Origin: Sphyrna mokarran
Taxonomy: Eukaryota
NCBI GenBank assembly: GCA_024679065.1
Contig: JAGIQG010000008.1
Coordinates: forward strand, 124,124,001 to 124,188,000
DNA: 64,000 nt
Reading direction: 5' to 3'
Numbering within the stretch: the first letter of the stretch is position 1; the number at the start of each line of letters is the position of its first letter. Of this stretch, positions 13,175 to 28,100 are shown in pieces. The notes under the pieces were generated by a model that was given only the letters and a program-made list of their open reading frames with translations, did not search any database and was not told the DNA's origin. Made by a program: the position numbers and the translations under genes.

Positions 13175-13447
13175 GGCGGCACAATGGTTAGCACTGCTGC
13201 CTCACAGCACCAAGGACCTACGTTCAACTCCTGCTTAAGTCACTGCCTGTGAGGAGTTTGCACATTCCCCCATATCTCCTTGAGTTTCCTCCGGGTGGTC
13301 CGGTTTCCGATGTGTGGGTTAGATGGATTGGCCATGCTAAATTGCCTCTTAGTGGTCGGATGGATTACTAGAGTAAACACATGGGGTTATGGGGATAGGG
13401 CCTGAGTGGAATTGTGGTCTGCACTGCAGGGATTCTATGATTTTATG
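13175..13447 (+). mobile_element. HE1/V-SINE-type SINE
   Basis: tRNA-like head, core and gattctatga tail. Confidence 0.8.
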
Positions 13448-13631
13448 AATATTAAATAATTGGATCAGCTTTTTGATCTGGAACTTCAATCTGTTTTAAA
13501 AATGAAGTATGGACCATCCTTTTTATCACTTTCATGTTTCAGATAAACTCCGAGAGTAGTTTGGCTACTTGGCCTGATGCACTCAAGAATAAGAATCATT
13601 ATTTCGATTACTTTGATATGCTGGTAAATGT

Positions 13632-13848
13632 TAGAACATAGAACATAGAACATTACAGCACAGAACAGGCCCTTCGGCCTTCGATGTTGTGCCGACCAAA
13701 ATAAAAAGCAATGCCCCTCCAAACTAAACCATTCCCTTCTCTTCCATATACTTATCAATTAACCTCTTAAACGCCACCAAACTTGGCGCATCTACAACAG
13801 CTGCAGGCAGGGCATTCCACTCCCTAATCACTCTTTGAGTAAAGAGTT
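13632..13848 (-). mobile_element. Young CR1 LINE 3' end
   Basis: Near-identical to 5028-5245; (GTTCTAT)n tail. Confidence 0.9.
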
Positions 13849-14744
13849 CTTCCCCATCTGGGTAGCTACATGGTCAGTAATTTCTGCAGTACTGGAGCTG
13901 AAATGCAATCCAATTCCTGTGTCAACACCACTGTGACCTTGAAGTCCCAGCAAGGCCAAGTGTTCAGGGTAAGAGATGGTGTTCTGAGCCAGCTGTATCC
14001 AGAACAGAAAGCTGCACAAGATGCCTCTAAATGAGATGCATTCAAACTGTCACAAATCTTTTTAAGAATGCCTTTCTCTGCTTTTCCAGTGATTCACTGC
14101 ACTATGGTGTGGGTTTTCAGCAGTTTGGATTCTACCATTGTTTTTCTGAGACATTTTAAACATGCACTTCTGTTGGAGCCATTGTCTGATGCTTGTGCAA
14201 TCACCAATTCTTTAGACAGTAATAAGCACCAGTATTTGCACACACTTTACTCCCCAGTTTCTTATCTTATAATCTGAACAGGAATATGTCTCTTTATTCC
14301 TCTTTCACATTTCCTTTGTTTATGTATCCACACAGGGATACAGATTTACCAATGTAACACGCTCAGTTTCAGATGTACAACACAACCTGGCTTGCTACTC
14401 ATCAAAGCCCTGTGGGGGAAATTCCAACTTGTCTTCCTGCTGATGGACATCTGACTTTTGCATTCCACCCATTACAAATCCCCTTGCTCAGGGAGAGGAA
14501 AACTCCACCCATCATCCTTAAAGCAGAACCCTCCCCAGAGTGAATCCATCACCATTGGGAACTTACACTAATTGTACTCAAATATGAGCACAAGGACATT
14601 AATAGGTACATTTGACAAGATTTTAAATTAACTTTTTATTTCATGGACTGGCCGATTTAACTGAGAAATAGTATGTTTGAAAATGTTTCCTCATTTTAAA
14701 TCAGTTTAGCCATAAGTGGTGGATAGACACTGATTTAAAATGAT

Positions 14745-15092
14745 TCATTCCTGGGACAAGGGCATTGCTGGCTGGCCAGCATTTGTTGCCCATCCCTAGG
14801 TGCTCGAGGGCAGTCGAGAATCAACCACATTGTTGTGGTTCTGGAGTCACATGTAAGCCAGACCAGATAAGGACAGCAGATTTCCTTCCCTAAAGGACAT
14901 TAGTGAACTGGATGGGTTTTTCCGACAATGGTTTCAGGATCATCAGTAGATTTTTAATCCCAGATTTTATTTTAATCTAATTCAAATTCCATGATCTGCC
15001 ATGGCCGGATTCAAACCCAGGTTTCCTGAACATTAACTGCGTTTCTAGACTAATAATCTAATGATAATAGCATTAGGCAATGGCATCCCCAT
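14745..15092 (-). mobile_element. Second SINE family (further copies near 34900-35190 minus and a tail at 55830-55972 plus)
   Basis: Shared block cagatttccttccctaaaggacattagtga...gtcacatgta and a B-box-like gggtttgaatcc on the minus strand. Confidence 0.7.
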
Positions 15093-15394
15093 TGTGATAG
15101 GCCCCATTTTCAGCTAATTTAATCAATTTTACCCTTAAAATATGCAATTTTTAAAATAAAGTTTTATCATGCTGTCTAATAATGCAAATTCATTGCAGAT
15201 TTTACATTGGTGACATGCAAATAGGATTGAGCGGATCCTGGAAGAGGGGAGTGAAGAAGAGACATCTTTCAAAACAAGTGCAATTTTACATTATTTGCAT
15301 TGGAATTGTCAATGGTGCAAAAAGAGAAAGCATCTCTTCATGGTTTTCTCATCTTCATCACCATTTAAGATTTATCTTCTGACAAAACTCCTAC

Positions 15395-15542
15395 CTTTTC
15401 TCAGGTATATAAATGATTCCAGGAATTCAGAATACGTTTGTTCATGGCTGCTACAAAACCTTTCCAAAACATCAAAGGCCATTCCTTCCTCCTGCTTAGA
15501 CTGTGATCCCAGAACAGCAGGCATATCGAATACAGGAGACAT
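15395..15542 (-). CDS. IFTAP: IFTAP/NWC first coding exon (exon 15395-15547)
   Basis: Manual translation MSPVFDMPAVLGSQSKQEEGMAFDVLERFCSSHEQTYSEFLESFIYLRK resembles the IFTAP N-terminal DVLxxF..HEQTYxEFLxxF.L motif as I recall it. Acceptor ttttgtattctag|, donor AAG|gtagga, ends in phase 1. Position next to RAG2 is syntenic. Confidence 0.88.
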
Positions 15543-15829
15543 TTAATCTAGAATACAAAAGGAAGGTGGCAGTAGTTATTAAAAATATAAGGGGGCCTGA
15601 ATATTTTGATGATGGCATTCAACTTTAACGTCAAAGAAGATTGCCCACAAAGACCTAGTAATCAATGTGGCAGATAGTCCACCTTCCTGCCGTCAATTCT
15701 CGGGGAGTTTGGCTTCTGCCAATTTCTAGCCATAGTGTAAACAGTGAACAGGTTAAGCAGCCAATCACGTTGAAGGATTCTCACCAATTAGTTAACTGGG
15801 AAGTAACCAGTTCTGATGTAAGGTCATTG

Positions 15830-15905
15830 GGCTGAAACATTAACTTGGTTTCTCTCCACAGATGCTGCCCGACCTGCTGAGTATTTCCAGCATTCTTTTG
15901 TTTAT
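15830..15905 (+). mobile_element. Penelope-type terminal fragment with a decayed hammerhead-like core
   Basis: ctgatgtaaggtcattgggctgaaacattaac...tctccacagatgctgcccgacctgctgag. Confidence 0.45.
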
Positions 15906-16814
15906 AAACCAGGAAAAAAAACTATACTGATTATCTTTGATTTTTTGATCACTTCATGATAAAATAAAGATTAGGATATACACTGGATTTAGAAACAAAG
16001 TGGAAATTCATAAACAAATTTTAAAACACAAATGTTAAAAATATATGGAATTTTTATTGTTATGAATTCCATCTGCCAGGACTTCAACAGCACCTTCTCT
16101 GGAGAAACTGGGAGTCACTGACCACAACTTTAGAATTTCCATGGAAAATTGCAAATGGATGGTCACCAGAAGATTTTATCAGAAAAGTGAACATTTCCAA
16201 CACCATTTAAATAGAGCCAGCACCTGTTAAAGGATCAGGGCACCTTGGCTGCAGACGAGAAGAATCATTTTCAAAGGGCTAATTCCTCCTGCAAGGGGTC
16301 CAAGCAGAGTACATCAGGCTGTCACCTACCCCATTGGAAACTCTGATGCAGACATTGGAGAGAAGAAGGAACATCATTGTCTCTGCTTGGGGCAGGAAGT
16401 CATCCAGACTACACTTTTGACACCAGTGCCACAAGGATGTTGATGAGGCCAATGCCAGGAACATATCTTTCAGGTCATGACAACAATGCTGGAATAAGAA
16501 ATCAATAAAGGGTTGCCAAGCTAAGAATCCTGCTCTCTAATTCTCTGCTCACGCCTCCAACATCTTACATGCCAACTATTCAACAATGAAAAGCATTTTT
16601 TGAAAGAGCAATAGTAGGCATAGGACCTTAATTTGAACATTTCCTTTTAGTTCTTGCAGGTATCCTGGACAGGGCTGTCTAATCCAATGTGATCAGCACC
16701 AGTACCATTCCTAGCTGACCATGCTGCTGAGGCACCCACTCGGTGTCTGAATTACAGGCATGGTGCCTTCAAATTTCTTCATCATTTTCTTTAGTCTAAA
16801 GTTTGGTGATAACA

Positions 16815-18490
16815 ACATAGAACATAGAACAGTACAACAGAGTACAGGTCCTTCAGCCCTCAATGTTGTGCCGAGCTATGTTCAAACCTAAGATCAAACT
16901 ATCCTACTCCCTTTCATTCTCGAATGCTCCATGTGCCTATCCAATAACCACCTGAAAGTTTCTAAAGTGTCCGACTCCACTATCACAGCAGGCAGTCCAT
17001 TCCACACCCCAACCACTCTCTGAGTGAAGAATCTACCTCGGACATCCCTCCTATATCTCTCACTATGAACCTCATAGTTGTGCCCCCTAATAACAGCTAC
17101 ATCCACTCTATCTATCCCCCTTATCATCTTATAGAATACAGAACATAGAACATTATAACGCAGAACAGGCCCTTCGGCCTTCGATGTTGCGCCGACCAAT
17201 TACGAAAAAACAATGACCCTCTAACCTAAACCATTCCCTTTTCGTCCATAAACTTATCTATTAACCTCTTAAACGCCACCAAACTTGGCGCATCTACAAC
17301 TGCTGCAGGCAGGGCATTCCATACCCTAACCACCCTCTGGGTAAAGAACCTACCTCTGATATCCGTCCTATAACTACTACCCCTTAATTTAAAGCTATGT
17401 CCCCTCGTGCTAGCTTTCTCCATCCTAGGAAAAGGCTATCACTGTCCACCCTATCTAAACCTCTAATCATCTTATATGTTTCAATAAGGTCTCCTCTTAG
17501 CCGCCTTCTTTCTAACGAAAACAACCTCAAATCCCTCAGCCTCTCTTCATAAGACCTGTCCTCCATACCAGGCAACATCCTGGTAAACCTCCTCTGTACC
17601 CTCTCCAATGCCTCCACATCTTTCGTATAATGTGGGGACCAGAACTGCACACAATACTCCAAGTGCGGCCGCACTAGAGTTTTGTACAGTTTGCAACATG
17701 ACGTTGCGGCTCCGAAATTCAATCCCCCTACCAATAAAAGCTAAGACTCCGTATGCCTTCTTAACAACCTTATCGACTTGATTGCCAACTTTCAGGGATC
17801 TATGCACATATACACCAAGATCCTTCTGTTCTTCAACACTATTAAGAGTCCTACCATTAGCCCTATACTCTACACATTTGTTATTCCTGCCAAAGTGAAT
17901 TACCTCACACTTTTCCACATTAAACTTCATTTGCCACCTCTCGGCCCAGCTCTGCAACTTGTCCAAGTCTCTCTGCAAACTATAACACCCCTCTTCACTA
18001 TCTACCACTCCTCCGACTTTGGTGTCATCCGCAAATTTACTAATCTATCCATAAACCTCTATTAAGTCGCCTCTCATCCTCCTCCGCTCCAAAGACAAAA
18101 GCCGCAGCTCCCTCAACCTTTTCTCATAAGACCTACCCTCCAAACCAGGCAGCATCCTGGTGAACCTTCTGCACTCTCTCCAATGCTTCCACATCCTTCT
18201 CATAGTGAGGTGACAGAACTGCACACAATATTCCAAATGTGGACTCACCAACGTTCAGTATAATTGCAGCATAACCCCATGGCTCTTAAACTCAAACTCC
18301 CTGTTAATAAATACTAACACACTATAAACTTTCTTCAAGGCTCTATCTACTTGAGTGGCAACCTTCAGAGATCTGTGGATATGAACTCCAAACACTGTCT
18401 GTTCCTCTGCATTCCTCAGAACCTGCCACTGACCCTGTAATCCGCATTCAAGTTTGTCCTACCAAAATGAATCACCTCACACTTATTAGT
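16815..18490 (-). mobile_element. Older CR1 LINE interrupted by a young CR1 copy (about 17131-18043)
   Basis: Two tails (about 16815 and 17131); the host reading resumes at about 18045. Confidence 0.88.
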
Positions 18491-20874
18491 AAGCAAGGAT
18501 ACATATGTGACTTTTAAAAATTCATATGCAGCAAAAAAACAGCTTAGTGGAAACTCGAGATCTTGTTGAAACTGATTCCAGTAAGATTTTTATTGGGAAT
18601 TGCATGCCTTTTTATTGATATAATTATCATTTATCATTATAGGTGATAAAATTGAACTGCTTAAAAAATAAATTTCTCGCATTTTAACTGAGAAACCCTC
18701 AAAGTAAAATGGAACATAAAAAACTGAGTGAGGTGTTTCTGAAGTGTAAAATGCTCTTTAACAATGAGAGCAGGGTGCTGCATCATGAAACACACTGTCT
18801 AACATTTCAAAAAATAACAAAATCTGTAATTGAGCAAAACTCGAACTTCTGCAAATCCAATCTCTGGGGAATCTCAAATGAACCTGCACAAAATGTTTAC
18901 ACCAGGCTTTCTGAATGGTCTATGCAAAACTCCGTGGTTTTGTAACAGGAAATATTCTTGCTATCGATTGTTTTGACTTCTATCACTGACAACTGAGTTA
19001 GGAAACATATAACCTGCTGCAGAACTTTTAAAACTTACCTGAAAAATCTATTTTTATCAATTACATCATTTATTTATTTGTTGAAGTGACAACTGAAATA
19101 TTGGAGTGGCCAAAGATATCCCGGAGAACGCAACTGTTACCAAGTAAGTGATCAGACAATTTTCTTATAGCACCATCGTGTTGTGCAAATACTTATACTC
19201 ACTGCGCTGCTCATTTTCATACAAGTAGCAGAATAACTTTCCTCCTGAAATAATGAACTATTTGCAGTTTATAACATTCTCACAATATCCCAAATGGTGC
19301 CACAGCCGACAATTTATAGATTCCACAAACAGCGGTCAAGTTGCATGTCTCATTATTCTGTTTTGGTGGTGGGTTAAGGACAAAATGCTACACAATGGGA
19401 CCTCATTGCCCTTCCTCAAGAACTGCCATGGGATGATGCTTAGATCTGTCTGAACCAGCAGACAGTTCCTTACCCAGCACATGTATCCTTTTAGTTCCTT
19501 AATCTGCAGTCATAGCTCATGGTCGCAAAGTTAAGAAAGCATTAATGCACTTTTGTTCATCAAGGCCTTACAACCAACCACACATCCCACCATCTCAATC
19601 TTTAATTGCCACCCATAAACAGAGGATCAGGCTCTTGTACATGGCATATACAAGGTCAGCTATATTCAGAGGTAACTGGAGGCTGAAATGTAAATGGAAG
19701 CTGTGATCCTTGAGTTTTATCAGAGAGAGAATCCTGGAGATTCTGGGGTGGTGGCAAAGAGGCAGTGAGATAGGACAGGTAGAAGACCTTTCCCAAACTC
19801 ATGATTGGTACATCATGTTCATCTTATTCCTTTTCTCTTTGATAGTGCTAGAGGGGTGCCACATCAAATATAAAAGAGATATATCTCTGGAAGAGGATAC
19901 ACAGTAGACATGTGCCATCCAATCACTGGAATCATCAGTCAGCTCCTCAACATAAAATTTGAGACTCCTTGTTCTGAAACAGTACTTAGTGCTTCGAGAA
20001 GGTCATGTGGTCAACAGTACACAGCACAGAACGAATTGAGCGATAATGCTGCCCAATCACAGAATCACATCTAACAGTGGGTTTGGCAAGGGAGGGCTAG
20101 ATGAGTACAGTCAGGCAACAAGCTGTTTGCTTCAATCAACCAATCCGTGGGATAGCCAATGGCTAACAATCCCGAGTGACCTAAAAGCTCGACTAACAAC
20201 TGATTAAGGTCATCGGTCTTGCTGGAAGCAACATTTATTCATATATTTACCTGAGAAACACTGCAAAGTCCAGCAAATCTTCCTCCTTGCTCCTAGGCTT
20301 TGACCTTGGAAAATAACATCCACTTGCTCTATCACCTTTATCTCTGTTGCTTTGATACTGCTGTCTATTGCAGGATGGTTCTCACCTGCAAAAAGAAGCC
20401 AGCCTTCCCTGCAAGACAACAAAAGGTTTGTTACAATGGGGCATTATTCAACCTCATTTAGTTCCATCTTTGCTCTCAGTTGCTTTAAAGTGATCATCAA
20501 CTTCTGTAGAGCTTCTATCAGAGATAATCTGTCCCTTATCCTGTCCCAACAACACTGAGAAGATCAAATATTCATTATAATGAGCTGAATTCACCTTACA
20601 ACTTCCATCTGAACATTAACAATCCAGGGTTTTATTTTCTGTTCAGTAATGAGAATGACATCCAAAAAATTAATAAGCCAAGGTGTTAGCTTACTGATCT
20701 AAATCTTGGAGAAGAGTTCAATTATAATGAATCAAACAAGGCAAATAACTTTTCATTCTGTGGTTTAAACTCTGACATCTGTCAGCTCACTTTCTGAGAA
20801 GCACCCTACACACAGAAACAACCACAAAATATGTAGCATTTGCCAAGGTACACTCTAAAGAATGCCAACGATTC

Positions 20875-21188
20875 GGGGTGATATAGTGGTTAGCACTGCA
20901 ATCTCACAGCGCCAGGGACACAGGTTCCATTCCCGACTTAGATGAACGTGTGAAGTTTGCACATTCTCCTTGTGTCTACATGGGTTTCCATTTTCCTCCA
21001 CTGTCCAAAGATGTGTAGATTAGGTAGACTGACCATGTTAAATTACCCAGTGGTATCCCAGGATATATAGATTATGGGGATTAGCTGGGTAAATACAGGA
21101 ATAGTACCTGAGTAAAATGATCTATTAGAGAGTCAGTGTAGACTTATAGGGCTGAATGGCCTCATTCTGCACTGTAGAAATCCTATGA
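20875..21188 (+). mobile_element. HE1/V-SINE-type SINE
   Basis: Head, core and tail as in the other copies. Confidence 0.8.
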
Positions 21189-21439
21189 AGCATAACATTA
21201 CAGAATAACGAGAACTATACTTCAATGATCAGTTCACCAAATATTATACATTTTGAAAACATCAGATTCAACTTGAAACAAGCTCACAAAAATGTTGAGA
21301 AGTCAAACACCTGCATTGCAGCAACATGGAACTCTGAACATTCCTCATATAAACCCAAGGGCTGGATTACACCCATCAAATCATCTCAATATTCTTTGGG
21401 AAATAACGAAGGCATATCCAAAGGCATGAATCTGGGGGC

Positions 21440-23620
21440 AGTAGTTATAGCTGGGGGAATGGTAATTATGAGGCCATAAGGAGGGAATTAGGGTGCATAG
21501 GTTGGACTAGGAAACTACAGGAACTGGGAACATCTGAAATGTGGAGCTTATTCAAGGAGCAGCTACTGCGAGTCCTTGATAAGTATGTCCCTGTCAGGCA
21601 AGGAGGAAATGGTCGAGTAAGGGAACCATGGTGTACTAAAAAAGTTAATTCGCTGGTTAAAAGGAAAAAGGAGGGTTATGTCAGGATGAGGCTTGAAGGC
21701 TCAGTTAGTGCACTGGATAGCTATAGATTAGCCAGGAGGGAGCTAAAGAGTGAGTTGAGGAGAGCTAAAAGGGAACACAAGAAGACTTTGGCTGATAGGA
21801 TCAAGGAGAATCCTAAAGCTTTCTTTAGATATGTTAAGAATAGAAGATTGGTTAGTGCAAGATTAGGCCAGTCAGAGACAGCAGTGGGAAGTTGTGCGTG
21901 GAGCCTGAAGAGATTGGAGAGGCACTGAACAAATATTTCTCTTCGGTATTCATGCAGGGAGATGTAAATGTAGTTGTGGCGAACACTGGGATACAGGGTT
22001 GCAAACTGGAAAGTATTGAAGTAGATAAGGAGGATGTGCTAGATATTCTTGAGGGTTTGAAGTTAGATAAGTCCCCTGGGCCGGATGGGATTTACCCTAG
22101 GCTTCTCTGGGAGGCGAGAGAGGTGATTGCAGAGCCTCTGGCTCTGATCTTCAGGTCGTCGTTGGTTACGGGTTTAGTGCCGGAAGACTGGAGGATAGCG
22201 AATGTGGTCCCATTGTTCAAGAAGGGGAATAGAGACTTCCTGGGGAATTATAGGCCAGTGAGTCTTACTTCTGTTGTGGGCAAAGTATTGGAGAGAATTA
22301 TTAGGGATAGGATTTATAGTTATTTAGAGAGAATGAATTGATTGGGGATAGTCAGCATGGTTTTGTGAAGGGTAGGTCGTGCCTTACTAACCTTATTGAG
22401 ATTTTTGAAAAAGTGACCAAAGAGGTGGATGGGGGTAAGGCGGTTGATGTGGTATATATGGACTTTAGTAAGGCGTTTGATAAGGTGGCCCATGGAAGAC
22501 TTCTGCAGAAAATGCAGATGTATGGGATGGAGGGTGATTTAGCTAATTGGGTTAGGAATTGGCTAGCAGATAGAAGTCAGAGGGTGGTGGTTGATGGGAG
22601 ATATTCATCGTGGAGTTCGGTGACAAGTGGTGTACCTCAGGGGTCTGTTTTGGGGCCCCTGCTGTTTGTAAATTTTTATAAATGATCTGGATGAGGGTAT
22701 TGAAGGATGGATTAGTAAATTTGCAGATGACACTAAAGTCGGTGGAGTGGTAGATAGTGAAGAGGGGTGTTATAGTTTGCAGAGAGACTTGACAAGTTGC
22801 AGAGCTGGGCCGAGAGGTGGCAAATGGAGTTTAATGCGGAGAAGTGTGAGGTAATTCACTTTGGCAGGAATAACAAATGTGTAGAGTATAGGGCTAATGG
22901 TAGGACTCTTAATAGTGTTGATGAACAGAGGGATCTTGGTGGATATGTGCATAGATCCCTGAAAGTTGGCAATCAAGTCGATAAGGTTGTTAAGAAGGCA
23001 TATGGAGTATTAGCTTTTATTGGTAGGGGGATTGAATTTCGGAGCCGCAACGTCATGTTGCAACTGTACAAAACTCTAGTGCGGCCGCACTTGGAGTATT
23101 GTGTGCAGTTCTGGTCCCCACATTATAAGAAAGATGTGAGGCATTGGAGAGGGTACAGAGGAGGTTTACCAGGATGTTGCCTGGTATGGAGGGCAGGTCT
23201 TATGAGAAGAGGCTGAGGGATTTGAAGTTGTTTTCGTTAGAAAGAAGGCGGCTAAGAGGAGACCTTATTGAAACATATAAGATGATTAGAGGTTTAGATA
23301 GGGTGGACAGTGATAGCCTTTTCCTAGGATGGAGAAAGCTAGCACGAGGGGACATAGCTTTAAATTAAGGGGTGGTAGTTATAGGACGGATGTCAGAGGT
23401 AGGTTCTTTACTCAGAGGGTGGTAAGGGTATGGAATGCCCTGCCTGCTGCAGTTGTAGATGCGCCAAGTTTGGTGGCATTTAAGAGGTTAGTAGGTAAGT
23501 TTATGGACGAAAAGGGAATGGTTTAGGTTAGAGGGTCATTGCTTTCTCCTAATTGGTCAGCACAACATCGAAGGCCGAAGGGCCTGTTCTGCGCTGTAAT
23601 GTTCTATGTTCCATTTCTAT
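21440..23620 (+). mobile_element. Young CR1 LINE, 5'-truncated, frameshifted ORF2
   Basis: [64 protein letters not shown]. Confidence 0.95.
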
Positions 23621-26027
23621 ATACGAATTAGAGAGACACTACTTTAACAATTTAATCAACTCCTATCCTGAATTACTATAAGGCATCTTAAGGGAGGGTA
23701 AACGGGTAAGAATAAAGAAAAGCACAGCACAGGAACACTTTCTTTGGCCATCCAAGCCCATGCTAATCATGATATCCTAATTATATTTTTAAAAAAAGCC
23801 TCCTGCCCTTACTCAGTCCGTATCCGTCTATTCCCTCCCTCTTCATGTACGCATTCAGATGCCTCCTAAATGTTGCTAATGTGCCTACTTCCACCGCCTC
23901 CTCTGGTAGCGCGTTCCAGGCACCCACCACTCTCTGAGAGAAACAGTCCGCGCACATCTACCTTAAACTTTCCCCCTTCTCATCTTGAACCTGTGCCCTC
24001 TTGTAAGCAATTAGGATGAGATTATTTGCTCCAGCAACAGCTTATCCAGTCTACTGCCCTCACTCTTTCTCCACAGCATTACATCTTCCTATTTCAATTA
24101 TTTATCAACCCTTCCACAAAGCAACTGCTCAAATCATAACCACTTCCTGCAGAAAAGCTTTCTATGTTCCATAATCTTCTGCAAAACATATCCTGCATCG
24201 CAGTTTCAACTGATGACTCTTTATAGCTCAATTTATCTGGATTACAAAGAAAGATGTGATTGTTCTTCTCGAGAGGCATTCAGCCTGAGTTCAGCACATG
24301 GTAAAACTGTGTCTGAAAATCAAACTCTCAACACGAGAGATCTTCATTGGAGAAGACTGAGGGGAAGTTCTTACCCACCTGCAGCATGGACCTGATAAAC
24401 TTTCCAGTCCAAAGGACTCCTGAAACACGTCCTTGTGCTGGGTTTTTTTCAGATGTGACCAATAATCATTGACAGGAATCTGAGGCCAAGAATGCTCTGT
24501 CTCATCAAGTTAAAGTGGCTAAAGTTCAAAATGTTATTTATTAGTCACAAATAGGCTTACCTTAACACTGCAATGAAGTTACTATGAAAATCTCCTAGTC
24601 GCCACAATCTGGCGCCTGTTCTGAGAAAGAATTTAGCATGGCCAATCCACCTAACCCACATATCTTTGGATCACTGGGCTGGCACCTATTCCTGATGTAT
24701 ACCGATAATGTGTGCCACTCATGAGCACTGCTAATGTGCTTTGCTAGAGTGTATCACCAGAGTGTACCACTAGTATGTACCCATTACTTGGAACACATGG
24801 AAAATCCTGGGAAGATGCAAAGTGGGAGGGACTGGAGTGCTGCCAGGAGGTTTTCACTACATTTATTCTCTTCACTGGGCCTCAGGAATGACAAATTCCC
24901 AGGTTCCATAAACAAGAATACCAAACACGTGTGAGAGCAAAGGGTGCTACCTTGTCCACAGCACTAATGGATTCACTGAGGTTGCATCTTTCACATTGTA
25001 TATATTACGTTTGAGCACTTGGTAAATACATTTACTTACATTTGTACATGATTTGGTGTATTCTATAAAATACAGAGCTCCCCTACTGACTATCTGGCCA
25101 TTCACCTCCTCCCAAACTATCCTACCTGCCCTGCCATTGGCAGCCTCCTCATCTATATCCAGTTCGGAATTATTAGATTAAACAGGGATTTCCTTCTCCC
25201 CAGAGATTGAGGCTCTGCCCAAAACCTTGTCATCATCGATCTCTATGCTCCTCCACTCAGCAATGTTCAGCATGCAGCACTCCAACACTACTCTGTATAG
25301 CCTTACTGAGGCATAATGCAGAACTACAGCTGAGTGTCGAGGCACCTGAAGTGCATTTTTAAAATGCCAATGTCCTGTTCAGTGTGCTCCTGATGACGAT
25401 ATGATTGCTTTGCCTCTGTTTATAGCTCCCTACAGGGGTTCATTAGCCAAGTTCTCCCACGTCCCCTAGAAGCCAGCCAAGCATCTATATTCATAAGATC
25501 ATAGAATCCCTACAGTGCAAAAGAAAGCCATTTGGCCCATTGAGTCTGCACCAACTACAATTCATCCAGACCCCTTTCCGTAACCTTTCATATTTTCCTT
25601 GTTAATCCCCTTGACACTAAGGGGCAACTGAGCTTGGCCAATTCACCTAACTTGCACATCTGGACTGTGGGAGGAAACCAGAGCACAGTTTTGCCATTGA
25701 CATGTTTTGTAAGGATTGATAGGGGTTGATAGTTAACCTGTTCAACTGTCTTATGAATGCACCTTCCTGGACCATCAAATTCTGGAGTGGGACTTGAACC
25801 CAGAGCTTCTGGCTCTTTGACAAGAACACTGTTAACTGCAACAGAAAAATCCCTTTTTAATGTAAAGGTGCTATTATATACCTTCTGTATCTAATCATCA
25901 TATTGAGCTATCATCTGAATGCTTTTTATGTCTGGTTACTGAATAAACATGAGGTCATGTGACATAGTGATAGCTCCCCTCCCACTGGACCGGAAGTTCC
26001 AGGTTCAAGTCCAATACTAGGACCTGT

Positions 26028-26710
26028 TAACATAAGAACATAAGAAATAGGAGCAGGAGTAGGCCATCTAGCCCCTCGAGCCTGCCCCGCCATTCAATAA
26101 GATCATGGCTGATCTGATAGTGGATCCAGTTCCACTTACCTGCCTGCTCCCCATAACCTTTAATTCCCTTAATGGTTAAAAATCTATCTATCTGTGACTT
26201 AAACACATTTAATAAGGTAGCCTCTACTGCTTCATTAGGCAGAGAATTCCAAAGATTCACTAGCCCCTGGGAGAAGAAGTTCCTTCTCAACTCTGTTCTA
26301 AATTGACTTCCCCTATTTTGAGGCTGTGCCCCCTAGTTCTTGTTTCCATTCTAAATGGAAATAACCTCACTGCTAAAATCCTGTCTAGCCCCTTCATTAT
26401 CTTACATGTCTCTATAAGATCTTCCTTCAACCTTCTAAACTCCATTGAGTACAGGCCCAATCTACTCAATCTCTCCTAATAAGCTAACCCCATCATCTCC
26501 AGAATCAACCTGGTGAACCTTCTCTGTACCCCCTTCAAAGCTAACATATCCTTTCCTAAATAAGGGAACCAAAATTGTATACAGTACTCTAGGTGCGGCC
26601 TCACCAGTACTTTGTACAATTGCAGCAAGACCTCCCTTTTATACTTCATCCTTCTCATGATAAAGGCCCACATTCCATTTGCCTTCTTGATTACCTTCTG
26701 CACTGCAAAC
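26028..26710 (-). mobile_element. CR1 LINE 3' end with a (TTCTTATG)n tail
   Basis: [13 protein letters not shown] peptide; tail type shared with copies near 27230, 33760 and 44612. Confidence 0.88.
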
Positions 26711-27229
26711 ACAGGTTGGCCACAGAAAGAGCAATAATGGAAGAGTAAAAATCAGTTCTCAGTGTAAAGCAAAACTCAAGAACAAGTGACAAAAGCGGGG
26801 CGGGGAGGGGAGCATACCATGACTAAAAATGTTCGGGATACTTAAGAAATCGGTCAAAATGAAGGAAAAAGATTACAGTCTAAAGTTGAGCTCCATGTTG
26901 AGATCGGAAGACTGTAAAGTGCCTAATCAGAAGATGAGCTGCTGTTCCTCAGTTTACGTTGGGCTTCACTGGAGCTTTTCATTATCCTGAGGACAGACAT
27001 ATGGGTAGGAAAGCAAGATGCTGAGTTACAATGGCAGCGACAGGAAGGTCAGGCTCATGTTTACGGGCAGAGCAAAGATATTTTGCTGTTTTATTAATCC
27101 TGCTGAAAATGGGTTAGTCAATAAAAATAAGCATTGATAATAAGAGAATGCAACCCTCCATCTGTATGTAGCTTGATTTCAAATCACTAAACTGAACTCT
27201 AAAATACTATATGAACTATTTGCTAGTTT

Positions 27230-28100
27230 TTTAAGAACATAAAAACATAAGAAATAGGAGTTGGAGGAGGCCATCTAGCCCTTCGGCTGATCTGAAGTGG
27301 GTCAGTTCCACTTTCCCGATTTCTCCCCATAACCCTTAATTCCCTTGTCTATCAGAAATCTATCTACCCATGACTTGAGTGAAGAAGTTCCTCCTCAACT
27401 CTGTTCTAAACTGTCCCCCCCCCCCTTATTTTGAGTCTGTGCCCTCTCGTTCTGCTATCCTTTCTAACTGGGAAGAATCTCTCTACCTCTACCCTAACTA
27501 TCTCCTTCATTCTTGGATGTTGCTTCAGGAGTGGTCTAGTACTTCAAGTCGTTAGTGTATGCTTAAACTGGACCATCTGATGGGCAACATGACAGCTCAG
27601 AGACTATCGCTGTCGCTGTGCAGACACATGGATTTGGGTCTGTGTCTGTGGGAGTTTGCGCGTTCTCCCCGTGGTTGCGTGGGTTTTCTCCGGGTGCTCC
27701 GGTTTCCTCCCACATCCCAAAAATGTGCTCTTAGGCTGATTGGGTAACAAATTGTCCCTATATTGGTCCCTACATGGGAATCTTCCACAATAGGCATAGC
27801 CTAAAGTCATGGATATGTCATTAAGGCGTTAGGACGGCGGCGCGGGCTCGTTGGGCCGAAGGGCCTGTTTCCCGTGCTGTGTTGCTCTTTGTTCTTTGTT
27901 CTTTGTATTATCTTATTTGTCCCTATAAGATCCCCCTTCAGCCTTCTAAACTCCAACGAGTACAGACCCAGTCTATTCAATCTCTCCTCACAGGCTAACC
28001 CCCTCATCTCCAGTATCAGCCAAGTGAACCCTCGCTGCACTTTCTCCAAGGCCAATATATTCTTTCGCAAATGCGGCGACCAAAACTGCATTCAGTACTG
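27230..28100 (-). mobile_element. CR1 LINE 3' end interrupted by a plus-strand V-core-bearing LINE 3' UTR (about 27512-27905)
   Basis: Host sequence resumes after the (TTCTTTG)n tail at about 27905. Confidence 0.8.

Noticed and set aside
25952-26025. tRNA gene (A/B-box-like words)
   Set aside because: No convincing cloverleaf; better explained as a decayed SINE head.
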